A stretch of 60,809 bases of DNA, the filler included, from Sphacelaria rigidula (Eukaryota), in assembly GCA_964200075.2 (NCBI GenBank). It is 2 parts of 2 records of this genome, joined end to end, with 100 filler letters (N's around TTAATTAATTAA, not from the genome) between each part and the next. Parts side by side here need not be neighbours in the genome. Positions count along the whole stretch, not along the records: positions 30,487 to 60,809 come from CAXNAA020000064.1; 1 more part is not named here. The stretch is one strand, 5' to 3'. Of this stretch, positions 36,701-47,600 are shown piece by piece (position 1 is the stretch's first letter; each line of letters begins with the position of its first letter). Position numbers and translations under genes: made by a program. The notes under the pieces are model-generated. The model ran no database searches, was not told the origin of the DNA, and saw nothing but the letters and a program-made list of their open reading frames with translations.

Positions 36701-39700
36701 AACGGAACGATGTGAGCCACGCCAACGCTTTCCTGCACTTATGAACGAAAACAATGTGGTCCGCAATCTTACGAGCTGCACCACCCGCGATCAGCATCAT
36801 CTCCTCAGCGGTTGATTCTTGGCAACGGGGCTGGCCACCCGCTTCTCTACAGGGTACAGGGTACAGGGTACATAGTACAGCGATTGCATTGCCGTCCTAT
36901 TCATCACTGTACAAGTGACGCAGTCAGCCACAGATACAGGGTAACGAGGTACCAAGAAAGCGGAGATTTTCGTGCACTGTAAAAAAACTGTGACTGCACG
37001 CCTGAACGCTACACACAGCTTGAATGAATCCCAACACAAGCGAGTAGTTGGACACCTCTTCGAGCTTCTCAAGCGTCTCTTCCAGAGGCCCTGTACTCCC
37101 AAACAGACTTTCCAGATCTCCCACGAAGCGCAGACGACTTTGGGCGAGTCCATCAGCAAACTTGGCATTCCTGTTCAAGATTCGCAACAAATCCGGTGGC
37201 ACAGGCCCGACCCGCCGGTGGGAAAGACACATGAAAAAAAAAACACTTCGGGGGATACTAGAAATTTGGCATGAAAAATGGAGCTTCGTTGAAGGGTCGC
37301 AGAATACTTGTCATACATCGAAATGAACAATCACGAAGTCAAGAATTTCCAAAATTGACCCGGTATACCTGGATCCCCATTCCTCCTCGACCTTTTCGCT
37401 GAGAGGTGGGGCTCGGGGATGAAGCATAGTCATATTGATGTATTTGAGCAAAGATCGCCGTGATACAGCATACCTATTTGCATGAGAACACATGCTTGTT
37501 TAGACAAGCCTACATATGAGACTGTGAGAAGCCCCAATTATTTGTCTGCGGTCACTTGTTCAAACCTTGGGCAATAGAGTACACAGTCAAAAGGTGTACT
37601 GCGTACAGTATCGACTATTGCGCCTATTGCAACAGACAATAGATTCCATACTGTACGAAGTACATTTTCTTACAGAAGATTCTATCGTCCAGGGTGTGCT
37701 CTCGTTGGCGTCTAAGCTCGTTTCGCTGTATATGCTCCATGTTTACGCTCAACAAATGGCAAGCGCTTGCCTACCGATACCGTACTGCTGTAGCCTACTG
37801 TACGCAAACAAGCGCCACTCTCTGGCCATATCGAGGTAGTCCTGGTGTTGTTTGGGGCAGGGCTACACACACCTTCGCATGTGTTGATGACGCGTTGCAC
37901 AGGACGTGTTTCTTCCACCACAGTAACTATCGCCCAGCGCTATACTGTACAAAATGTACTTCATCTGGTTCATCAAAGATTGCCGGCAGCAGTAGATACA
38001 ATGCACTCCGTCTGACATCGCTCTCCACGTACATAATCTGCATTATTACTTCTCTGTCTGCCTGGATATCAGTAGCTCTCTGCTGTCAGTAGTTCTCAGC
38101 CAGCAAAGCGGCGGATGGCGGTGGGAACTGTACAAAACGCTTCTTTCTCGTGGGTCTTTGAAGAGCCTAACAGGCCACTGCTTTGCGCTGATTTCTTCTG
38201 CGAACAGTGAGGATGTCAATTTGTGCCATTTGTGACGACTACGATGTTGCATGTTCACTTATCCGAATACTCCGCTTCTGTCTCAAGATATTCCACGAGT
38301 CCTTGAAGATACTTGCCCCCGCGCCAACGGGTATACCCCATTCCCTTGTCACCTATGGGGCTCTCAGCGGAACTCTTGTCCCGAGATGAGGCTGGTAGCG
38401 AAGCAATTGACAGGGATCTGGTGACCCTCTGAGCGACTAGTCGCGCCCATCTGTTGTACTCGCATCAATGTCACTCAAGATTGGACAATGACTGCCATAC
38501 TGAGATGTTCGGCTTCGAGTGCTAGAAGGGTAGGTGAAGCGCTCAACCCCGAAGCAGTCGATTTGAATCCACGTCTGCCAATGCATGACTTTGCGGATTA
38601 ATTTTCGAACACGGTCGCTCGTCCGATGAAGTAAAATATCCCAAATTTTTCATGAAGTTCTCTTTCTTGCTAGTTTCTCCTCTCTGTTGCACCCTTCCCC
38701 CGATGTAGTGTGCTATGCTTATGTGGTATTCTTCTTGTCATGTCTCGTGTCTTCGTACCACACCCTGGACAATAGATTATATTGTCAAAAAATTTACTGC
38801 GTACAGTATGGGATATTTTGTTTATTGCAATAGACGCAAAAGTCGGTACTGTACGCAGTACATTTTTTGGCAATGTAATATTTTTTCCAGGGCGTGATTC
38901 GTACATATGAGTGTCCCTCAAGTGTCTGCGTAGGGCGAGGGTGTGCACGGCCGGTAAAAATCCGACATGAATTATTCCTGCATCGTAGAGATGTGGGATA
39001 CCGTGTTTTTTATCTTGAAATAGAGCAGGGGTCGGACGCCTTTACGAATCTTCCGGAGATTACTTGATTTTAGTGTAATTGATTAATATCGTACGAATCG
39101 ATCGTTAGGCTTTGTTTTCGGCGTTGCAACCCAGGTACGCGCAGCTCAGGCATGTGGAATGGCGCACAAGTTGCGTGGAGGCCTGTTTGACCAGAGGTCG
39201 ACTCTTTCCCTCTATTTCAAGCAATCAGGCCTATAAGAAATCGTGGATTTGGTGATTCGAACCGGCGATGATTCGTCCGAACCGTGAATTAGAGTGTACA
39301 AGTAACATTATGTCTTGGAATTGATACACCACACGCATGTGTAGATATGTGTGGCCAAAGGACATGGCCGGCGTACGCACGGCATGTAATACACCCCGGC
39401 CCTTCCCTCGTACTTCCTCTGTTCCATAGTCTGGTCGGTTACGGGCGGGTTTTTGTTTGGGTGCAACGGTGCCGATGATGGCCTCATAGTTGGGTTCTAT
39501 AGAAAGATGAAGCGCATACGAAGCTGATGAATAAACAAGAAAAGAAAGAACCTCGTTTTCAGTACGAAAAGCAGGTCAGAATATACCCCATTTCGGCCTT
39601 TTCCCCATTTCTGATGAGAATGTTTTCGAGGATTATTCCGAGAATTCGTGCAAAGCATCCCACACCTAGTCCATAGACATCAGAAAACGATGGACTTACC

Positions 39701-41839
39701 CCCGAGTACCCCCCACCTCTTGCCGAACGGGTGGCGAGCTACAATTGGGTCGCCGCTATGCGATTACGATGGAGGGTGCACTCGCTTTTCCACCGAGCAA
39801 GGTGAGGGAGACCATGGGCTCGCTCGGGCCAATTTGCGAACGCTACGGTGTTGGTCCCGAGTACCCGACGAAATTGTGGAAGAACGACAAAGCCAAGATC
39901 GACGCAAGCAGAATCGGTCATTCACGCTCCGGCAGGTGTCCGAGTAGCTGAAAGACATCGGGCTGGATTAAGGTACGGAGCCCTTGCTGCGGTGGTTCAA
40001 GAAACAAGGGGCGGCAAAGATGGCTCGCCGCATCAAACCCTCCCTTTCCCCTGAACACAAGCTTCGCCGAATTGGTTTCATCTGCGATCAGGTGGACGAG
40101 ACGACCGGGAATTCCCTCGACCGATCACTTATTTTTCCGACACTTTCTTTGCCCCTGAGAAAGGGGTTAAATACGGCCATTTTGGGCCGACTGATTTTTT
40201 TGCGACCGTTCGGCTGCATAGTTCAACAGCAAGCTGCAAAAAAAAGGGGGATATGCCTCTAACTGAAAAAACAGCAGAGAAATCGAAAAAAACATCAATA
40301 GTCAGATCGGACACGGGTAAGAGCTCGTACAAACGTAACCGACCAGACTTATAGGAGAGAGGAAGTATCGGTACAAGGATAGACCTCTGCGATTCTTGTT
40401 TGGTGGTGATATTTTCAAGGGCAGGTCGAGTAGAGTATGTACTTTCGAACACTACCGTAAAATACCAGAGTATTTACTCGACTCAAATTGGGGTAGATTG
40501 GGTACGGCCTTAATGCTCTACTCAAATTTTGAGTGGGTTGGGTACGGCGTCAATACTCTACTCAATTTTTGGGTAGATTGAGTATGATCTCAAATACTCT
40601 ACTCAAATTTCGGATAGATTGCAAGGGTAGGTCGAGTAGAGTACGTACTTTTGAATACTCGGGGGTAAAATACCCGAGTATTTACTCAACTCAACTTTTA
40701 GGTAGATTGAGTACGACTTCGAATACTATCTACACAAACTTTGGGTACATTGAGTGTGACCTCAAATACTCTACTCAAATTTTGCGTAGATTGCAAGAGT
40801 AGGTCGAGTAGAGTAGAGTATGTACTTTCGAATACTCGGGTAGAATACCCGAGTATTTACTCTGCTCAAATTTGGGGTAGATTGAGTACGGCTTCAAATA
40901 CTCCACTCAAGTTTTGGGTGGATTGAGTGCGACCTTGAATACTTTTCTCAGATATTGGGTACGCACTTTCAGCAATACTTGCGTGTAGAATTATCACTTG
41001 GGTATGACCTCAATACTCTACTCAAATTTCGGGTAGATTGAGTATGATCTCAAATGCTCTAATCGAATTCTGGGTGGATTGGGTACGACTTCAAATGCTC
41101 TAGTCAAACTTTGGGTACTAAAAGTATGACTTTTCCAAAATACCGAGTGTTGAGTATACTCTACTCGACCTGCCCTTGGATATGTCGTCTTTGATTATGG
41201 TTTTACTTCTTCCAGGCTTCGCGTGTCAAGTGGGAGGGTTGGGTTCTATCTCCGCTTGTTCGAATGGTCGCCTACAGCGCCGCATCTTTTGGGGTCAGTG
41301 TGTGTGTAGTGTGTGTTGTGTTGTCATCCCATCTATTCTGGATGCCAGTTTACACCTCTCGGTATATATGGGCGCATCAGCTGGGGTTACACAGGAGGAA
41401 GACCAACACAGGACTTTTTTTTTTCGTTTTCGCTTTGTTTTAATTCTTCACCTTCGTTCTACGGTGCTTGCCTTGTTTTTTATCGCAAGAGGGGTTCAGT
41501 GGTCCCTTCCGTCGTCCACCGTAAAATCGAACTTTGTGTACCCACGACATGGTTGCTCTCCACTAATGGGAATGATGTGAGAAAACCCCCCAGATTGTGG
41601 ACGTCAAAACGAACCTTTTCGAGGTTACTAACTGAATCACAGAAACGACCGGTTAGTATAATTTGTTTTCCACTGTTCCGCGTCTGTGTTGCTTCTCTGG
41701 GTTCTACTTTATTATTCATTCGATTTTCTTACATCTCATCTTGATAGCCTCAGACCACGGAAGTCGTCTACATCATATGCTCAATACGGAAGTGAGAGGG
41801 TATTGCGCAGATATTGGAACGATTTTTCATGTGAAGAAG

Positions 41840-41877
<38 letters not shown>

Positions 41878-44236
41878 GCGACAACAACATCAGGTATCGC
41901 CCCGGTGGTCCACTGGTTCGACTGCTACCATTAGGGTGGAGAAAACGTGTGTTCTATTCCCAATGCAATGGGTTTTTCCTTCCAAGTATCTTATTTTCCC
42001 CGTCAAAAGCGTGAGCACGTGAGTTGATTTCTTGAGAACACGGATCGTCCCGAGAAAGGGGAGGGGTTTAAAATGCGTCAAAGAAAAATAGATACACATA
42101 TATTTCAATTTAAATGTGGCCAGCGTAGCGGGCTACCATGTTCCGTGCGAAGCACGAGCTTATGCCGTGTGTCTAGCTAGTTCACACCAAATTCAAGTGG
42201 TCAGTGTTTGAGTGCAGTGGAGCCAAGTGCTTGGCCGACCAATACATTAGAGACAACCGATATCCTCGTCCAAAGGTCATTGCACAAGAATTAGGATACA
42301 GTTGAACTGCCCACAGCGGTGATTACGGCACGCCGTTTTCACCCCCAGCGAGTTGTTCTCTGTGGCTAGGTCCGTTGGAAAGGTGTAGTCTGTAGCAATA
42401 CTTCCTTTTTGTGCATCCTTCATTGATTCTTGGCGTTGGCGCTATTTATTGAAAACAGTAGAATAAAGTAAGTAACTGGCACCGCCACTACTGCCTTAAT
42501 CTCTTGTTGTTCCTATGGAGCCCATGGCGGACGCCGTACAAAACAATCGTGCGATATGTGCCGCGTGTCGCACGCACCTCAGCCATCTTCTACCATCAGA
42601 TGAGTGTTTAGCGAGGTTTCCTCCTTCCTTCGATGGAAAAACAGGTATTTACATACGCGGTACATCTTCATCCCTCATTCAACCCGAGTGAAAACATATA
42701 CCGCTGGGCTATCCCGCATAAGTCAGCCAGTAGAAATTGGTACTGCTGAGTATTACCGAGGTATTCAGCCAGCGGTAAACGGTGCAGCTGAGTTATATTG
42801 TATAGCTCAGCCAGTGGAAATACGCACCGCTGAGTTATACGAAAATGAGTTGACTCGAGTGAAGGTGAGTTGAGTTGTCCGACGTAGGGACTTTGGTACG
42901 CAGGCGTTGGCTCTCGAGCGAAATTTAACTGTTCCAACCCCCCAAGCCTGTCCATTCGGAATGAACGTAGCCAAGTAGGCGTCCGGGTCTTCCAAGAAGT
43001 AGACGATATTAATCAGTAGCCCTTGCCCATTGGTCATACACAAACAGTGGTTGATACTTGCTTTTACTAGACTTCAGATTGAACACCAACATTCGGAACT
43101 TTGGAGAGGCTGACAGTCCCAAGTGCTCCTAGCTCGTCCAGCACGTGTTTTTGTCCAAGATCGGCACCGCACGCGCCGATTGGAGGTCTGCCAACGCACA
43201 CTTTACCTAGGAAATCTTCTGCATCACCCACGCCCGAGGTTTCTTTTATGCCTTGGTCGGGGTTCGGGTTCGGGTTAAAGGGGTGCGTTAGGGTTGGCCG
43301 CACGTCCGTATCACTCACTCTTATGTACGACCAATGGGTAAGGTCCCCCGATGTATTCACCGAAACAAATACCGACAAAGATAGCTGTATGTCAACATAA
43401 ATAGTGCCCATGAATATCTACGTGCAATACCGCGTATCCGTAGTACTCACGTGCTCGGTGGTGCGGTCGAATTGGATACGAGGGCGCGGCAACCGCGATA
43501 CGGTACTCGTGAATTCGCGGGTCGCGTCAGAAAGATCCAGCCTGCAGCATTGCAGCAAACACTTGTTGCAAACTACTGCCTGTGAGGAGACAATCTCAAA
43601 CACACAAGGGAAGGGCATCCGCCCCGCACGCGTACTCATCGGTAGCTCTGACTACAGTCAAAATCTTAAAGTCTTTGTCTACTGCAATACACCTCGACAC
43701 TCGGTTGTACTAACGGATACGTGCTGTCAGAGCAACCTGTGTAGAGCAGCAGACAATACAGACAATACAAGAACGGGGAGTAGCAGTCAGTTTTACCTGT
43801 CCTTGACGTACTCCGATGTTGCTTTCAACGCCTCCTCGAGCCTACCCTCCTGAGCAGCCGTCACCAAGTTTTGTGTCTGCTCCACACCTTCCTGCGCACG
43901 CTTCTTGATGAAGTCAAAAAGCATGCTCGGACTTCCTCTTGCAGCGCCAGTCCTTGTCCCTCTACGTGTGCCTTCTGGCCGTCGCGGCGAACCAACAGCC
44001 TCTCCATAGTACCAGCCATGCTGCTGCTGTCTAGTTGACGTTTGCTCGCTTGCGGCAACGGGTAGCCATTGTGTTCTATCGAACACAGTGGAGGATGCGC
44101 GTAGAGGTGTGAAGGCACTGGAGGTCAGCACTGTGAATGAGTGTGCTGTGTGCAGGACTAACCCCGCCCATAACGCGGCCCTCAACATGATCTGTCGACT
44201 CGTCCATGGAGCCATGGGGCCGGGAGCGCTTTTCAT
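31251..44236 (-). CDS. ftsY: Plastid signal recognition particle receptor cpFtsY; C-terminal exons missing at the gap
   Basis: Exons 44236-43797, 37170-37056, 36055-35921, 34002-33749 and 31412-31251 have matching phases. Motifs: LEE/ALLQADLG, GANGMGKTTTVGK (G1), AAADTFR/AAAVEQL, VLIVDTSG (G3). The N-terminus is a hydrophobic signal peptide (LRAALWAGLVLHTAHS-F) followed by a Ser/Thr/Arg-rich transit-like region. Confidence 0.95.
33672..33711 (+). repeat. (CAA)n microsatellite in an FtsY intron
   Basis: About 13 CAA units read directly from the sequence. Confidence 0.9.
34814..35214 (+). mobile_element. tRNA-derived SINE copy interrupted by a MITE and internally deleted
   Basis: Head GCCGGTCGCCCCGGTGGCTCATTT[insertion]AGTAACCTCG...GGGTTCGAATCTCGG has A- and B-box-like motifs; tail ACAACACACAACACACACACA. 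Confidence 0.8.
34839..35043. mobile_element. hAT-like MITE (205 bp) with long TIRs and 8-bp TSD
   Basis: CAAGGGCAGGTCGAGTAGAGTATACTCAATTGCGGGGTATTTTGAAAG... / ...CTTTCAAAATACCCCGCAATTGAGTGTACTCTACTCGACCTACCCTTG. Flanks are CTCATTTG / CTCATTTA. Confidence 0.88.
39026..39286. mobile_element. hAT-like MITE (261 bp)
   Basis: Termini CAGGGGTCGGACG ... CGTCCGAACCGTG; flanks AAATAGAG / AATTAGAG (7 of 8 match). The right end is identical to that of the 55432-57011 element. Confidence 0.65.
39739..40120 (+). pseudogene. Relic of a Tc1/mariner (DD39D-like) transposase N-terminal region
   Basis: Broken frames give ICERYGVGPEYPTKLWK...SGR and LLRWFKKQGAAKMARRIKPSLSPEHKLRRIGFICDQVD, resembling the IKPxLTxxNKxxRLxF motif of plant-type mariner transposases. 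No catalytic DDD region is seen. Confidence 0.6.
40416..41178. mobile_element. hAT-like non-autonomous element (same TIR as 34839-35043) filled with ~46-bp tandem repeats
   Basis: Ends CAAGGGCAGGTCGAGTAGAGTAT / ATACTCTACTCGACCTGCCCTTG; flanks GATATTTT / GATATGTC. The internal unit is approximately ACTCTACTCAAATTTTGGGTAGATTGAGTACGACCTCAAAT. Confidence 0.85.
41298..41652 (-). mobile_element. tRNA-derived SINE family copy
   Basis: The plus strand shows a GT-rich tail, CATCCCATCTATTCTGGATGCCAG and GGGGTTACACAGGAGGAAG, and ends GAGGTTACTAACTGAATCACAGAAACGACCGG (reverse complement of the head). Confidence 0.75.
41839..41889 (+). repeat. (CAG/CAA)n microsatellite in FtsY intron 1
   Basis: Read directly; no splice context or coding neighbours. 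Confidence 0.85.
42700..42845 (+). repeat. Repeat with ~42-bp subunits; inverted homologue at about 48010-48200
   Basis: The reverse complement CGTATAACTCAGCGGTGCGTATTTCCACTGGCTGAGCTATA matches CGTATAACTCAGCGGCTCCTATTTCCACTGGATGAGCTATA at 48069. Confidence 0.75.
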
Positions 44237-44659
44237 GATGCTGAAGTATTAGAAAATAGTTTTTCAATGCAGTAACAACTAAAATATGACAAATATTCAG
44301 CGTAATTACATCGTTGAATAAAGGCGTTTCTTTCACGCGTGTGGACGGCTGTGCACGTAGCCGTCACCCCGCCCGTTGTGGCTCTTCGCGCCCGCCTGCT
44401 GGCGGCGAATTTCAGCGCAACGCTGTATCACAGCTGGGTTCTGATTCTCATCGTGATTCGCCTCTTGCTGACAACCGCTTCCTGGTGCTTGTAAAAGAAT
44501 ATACATAACGATACATGCAGTAATTTCCGAGGTGTGCAGGGAGTGTGTTGCCATCCAGAGTGGGAAAGCAGGCTCAAGTATTCAAGCACCCAACGAACCA
44601 CAAGGTTCCTGGTATTGCAGCTTCATTTCAGTTTTACTGCCAAGTATAGAATATTCCAC
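44237..44659. promoter_or_regulatory. Putative bidirectional promoter / 5' UTR region between cpFtsY and the ankyrin gene
   Basis: Divergent start codons at 44236 (-) and 44660 (+) are only 423 bp apart. No specific motif was identified. Confidence 0.6.
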
Positions 44660-47600
44660 ATGGACGCTGGCGGTGGCGCTATGATGGGCGATGGCGGTTA
44701 CCATTTTGTCGAAGACGCCATGTTTCCTCAAGAAGAGATCAAAGTGCCCGCAGCTGTAAGCCATCAGAATGAAGAGAAAGGTCTGGGTGAGCCTCTTCGG
44801 CGCAGTGTCAGGTGGAAATGGCCGCGCCTCCATAGTTTTAGACATCGGCGTATTGGTCTTGCGCAGGTAAGGGACGCTGGTTTCGTGTGTGGAAGGGCAT
44901 AGTGACCAATTGGCGAGCAGCTGGGACTTGACTGGGATCGTAACTTCCTGTGTCAAAGCTGTCAAGGACTTTGTGCCCTTGCCTTTGGTGTGTGGTCTTG
45001 GCGGGGGTCTGTAAATGCCAGGTGTAGCGAACATGTACGAGCCTGAAGCAACAGCAGAGACTGTAATGCGTGAGAGGACCGCGTGCTTAGAGGACCGCAT
45101 CGGAATTTGAAAACACCTATGGTTAGGGTTAGGGTTAGGGTTAGGGTTAGGGTTAGGGTCAGGGCCATGGTACCTGCAGGGACTGACCCGATGAGTTTTG
45201 AGAAACAACGTCGATCCTGAGGTATTTTGAACTACGGCGCGGTCCTCTACGCACGCGGTCCTCTCACGCATTACAGAGACAACCACTACTCAATACACCC
45301 AGCTTGCACTTTTTTTTTCTATCCCTGTACATCGCGTGCGCCGTATTCCACCCTCTCAGGCGCCTGTTCAACAACAGCAGGAGCAACATCGTATGGTCGC
45401 CGCAGCGTTGCTCATGCGCACATCGCTGGACCTGAAGAACGGTTCAGCCACCCATCTACTGAGTCATTCAGAGTACACCATGAACGTGCCAACTCTCTTC
45501 GATGCGGTGACAGATGGTAACCTTCGCGACGTGCATAAATTACTTAGGGCTGGGGCATCGGGACGAAACGCAGCGTTGCTGCATGCGATATGTATCGACA
45601 ACACCCCCGCGGTAGAAGCCTTGCTCGTGGCAGGTGCGGAACCCAAGGGCCGTCAGGAGTACCAACTGTGGCATCGCTGATGTAATGCGTGAGAGGACCG
45701 CGTGCTTAGAGGACCGCATCGGAATTTGAACATCCCTATGGTTAGGGTTAGGGTTGGGGTTAGTGTTAGGGTTATGGTCAGGAGCGTAGTACCTGCAGGG
45801 ACTGACCCGAGTGGTTTTGAAAAAAGTCGATCCTGAGGTGTTTTGAACTACTACGGCGCGGTCCTCTAAGCACGCGGTCCTCTCACGCATTACAGCTGAT
45901 GTATTCTGGGTGCCTCGTGTGCTGGGGGTATGTACCCTGCGTGAACGGTGGGTTGCGTGTGGCTTCATACAAACCCTTATTCTCGGCAGAGCAGTTTCGC
46001 TCCGGGCACAGGCGACGGTGATACATGGGTAGAGTGCTTACACTCATGTCAGCGTTATTGGTGTCCTCGGCAGCTTGTCACAGGTAGAACTTACAGATTT
46101 TCCCCACTAATACCACAGGCGAGAACAGTATTTGAATGCGGAAGTCAAGGTGAATCATGATTGTGGTGACCGGTCCTCTTGGTGCTGAAATGCTAAAACA
46201 GTCCCCAGCAACAAGAATTGAAAATCACGCGGACGCCCACACCCGTCGTTGAACGTCGCAGGTGTCTCAGTCACGGGAGCGGTAATCCACCACGTGGCAG
46301 CAGTTGGTTGTGCAGACGTTCTGGTGGCGCTCATGTGTTACGCGAGAGCTGTCAACAAGGTCACAGAACTACTGAATGCTCGCAACACCAACGGTGAGAC
46401 AGCGCTTCACGTGGCCGTTAAGGCTGCACATATTCAAACGACAATCGTTCTCCTAGCCGAGGGCTGCCCTTGTAACGCGAAGAGTTTCCTGAACGGGGCG
46501 ACGGCTCTACATGAAGCCGTGTTGCGCCGAAACTCCCGCTTGATTTATGCATTGCTACGTCATGGACGAGGGACCTCTGTTGTGTTGCCTGATGGAGCAA
46601 TGGGAGCCCTAGCCAACATCAAGGAGGAATCGTGTGTGCCAACCACTGCAAACGAGGTCGGGTTTCGATTATCACGTAGACCCGCTCAACTGATACACAC
46701 TGTGGTTGCGACTGAAGGCGCGAGGGTTCTGGAGGACCTCCTTAAAACTGAATTAGTAACCGTGCGAGCCAAGGATAGATATGGATATACTGCTGTGCAT
46801 ATTGCAGCTTTGCGAGGAGAAGTTGGCGTTATGGCTTCACTGCTCGACAGTGGCGCTTCAGTGGACGACAAAGAGTTTTCTCGAGGACGCGCTCCCCTCC
46901 ATATTGCGGCATGTCAAGGCTACTACGACGTTGTAAGATTACTGATCGAATACGGTGCCCCGGTTGACCAGAAGGAGGAAGAAGATCGGACGCCCATGCA
47001 TTTGGCCGTGTTGAACGAGCATGTCAGTGTAGTGACACTTCTTTTGGGTGGCGGCGCATGTGATAGCGAAGACCGCTCCGGGTGCACGGCATTGCGCTAC
47101 GCGGTGAGGAGCAAGCAGGAAGAGATAGTCTATATATATGCGGCTCACTACGAAAAGAGAAGAATCGTGGGAGCAATAGAGGAAGAAGAACTCGATAGAA
47201 GTGGACTTGGGCAGAGGGACTCAAGCGGACGCAGTTTGCTACACGACGCAGTCCGAACGGGGTGCCATGCAATGGTCCAGGCACTGTTGTGCGTGGGTGC
47301 AAGGATTCTTTTTCAGGACAACCTGGGACAATCTCCAAGCCATTATGCCGCTACTGCTGCAGACAACGTTTCGATCATATCGGATCTTCTGCATCATGAC
47401 AGTAGAGCTATGAATGCTCTGGATCACGCCGGTCGCACACCACTCCACATTGCTGTGAGCACTGGCCATACTGATATCGTACGGGTGATTCTCGAGCATC
47501 AGCCCTCTGTTGCCACCTACCAAGATAACGCCGGAGTTACACCGTTAGATCTTGCCCTTTCCGCAATGTCTGAAGAGCTTTGCCGTCTGCTTATCGAGAA

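Noticed and set aside
40416-41178. Regularly spaced, partly palindromic repeats resembling a CRISPR array
   Set aside because: No unique spacers, units are degenerate and contiguous, the array is bounded by TIRs, the context is eukaryotic and there are no cas genes.
44582-45968. Minus-strand ORFs containing NPNPNP
   Set aside because: Translations of the CCCTAA tract in the MITEs; no protein-like content.
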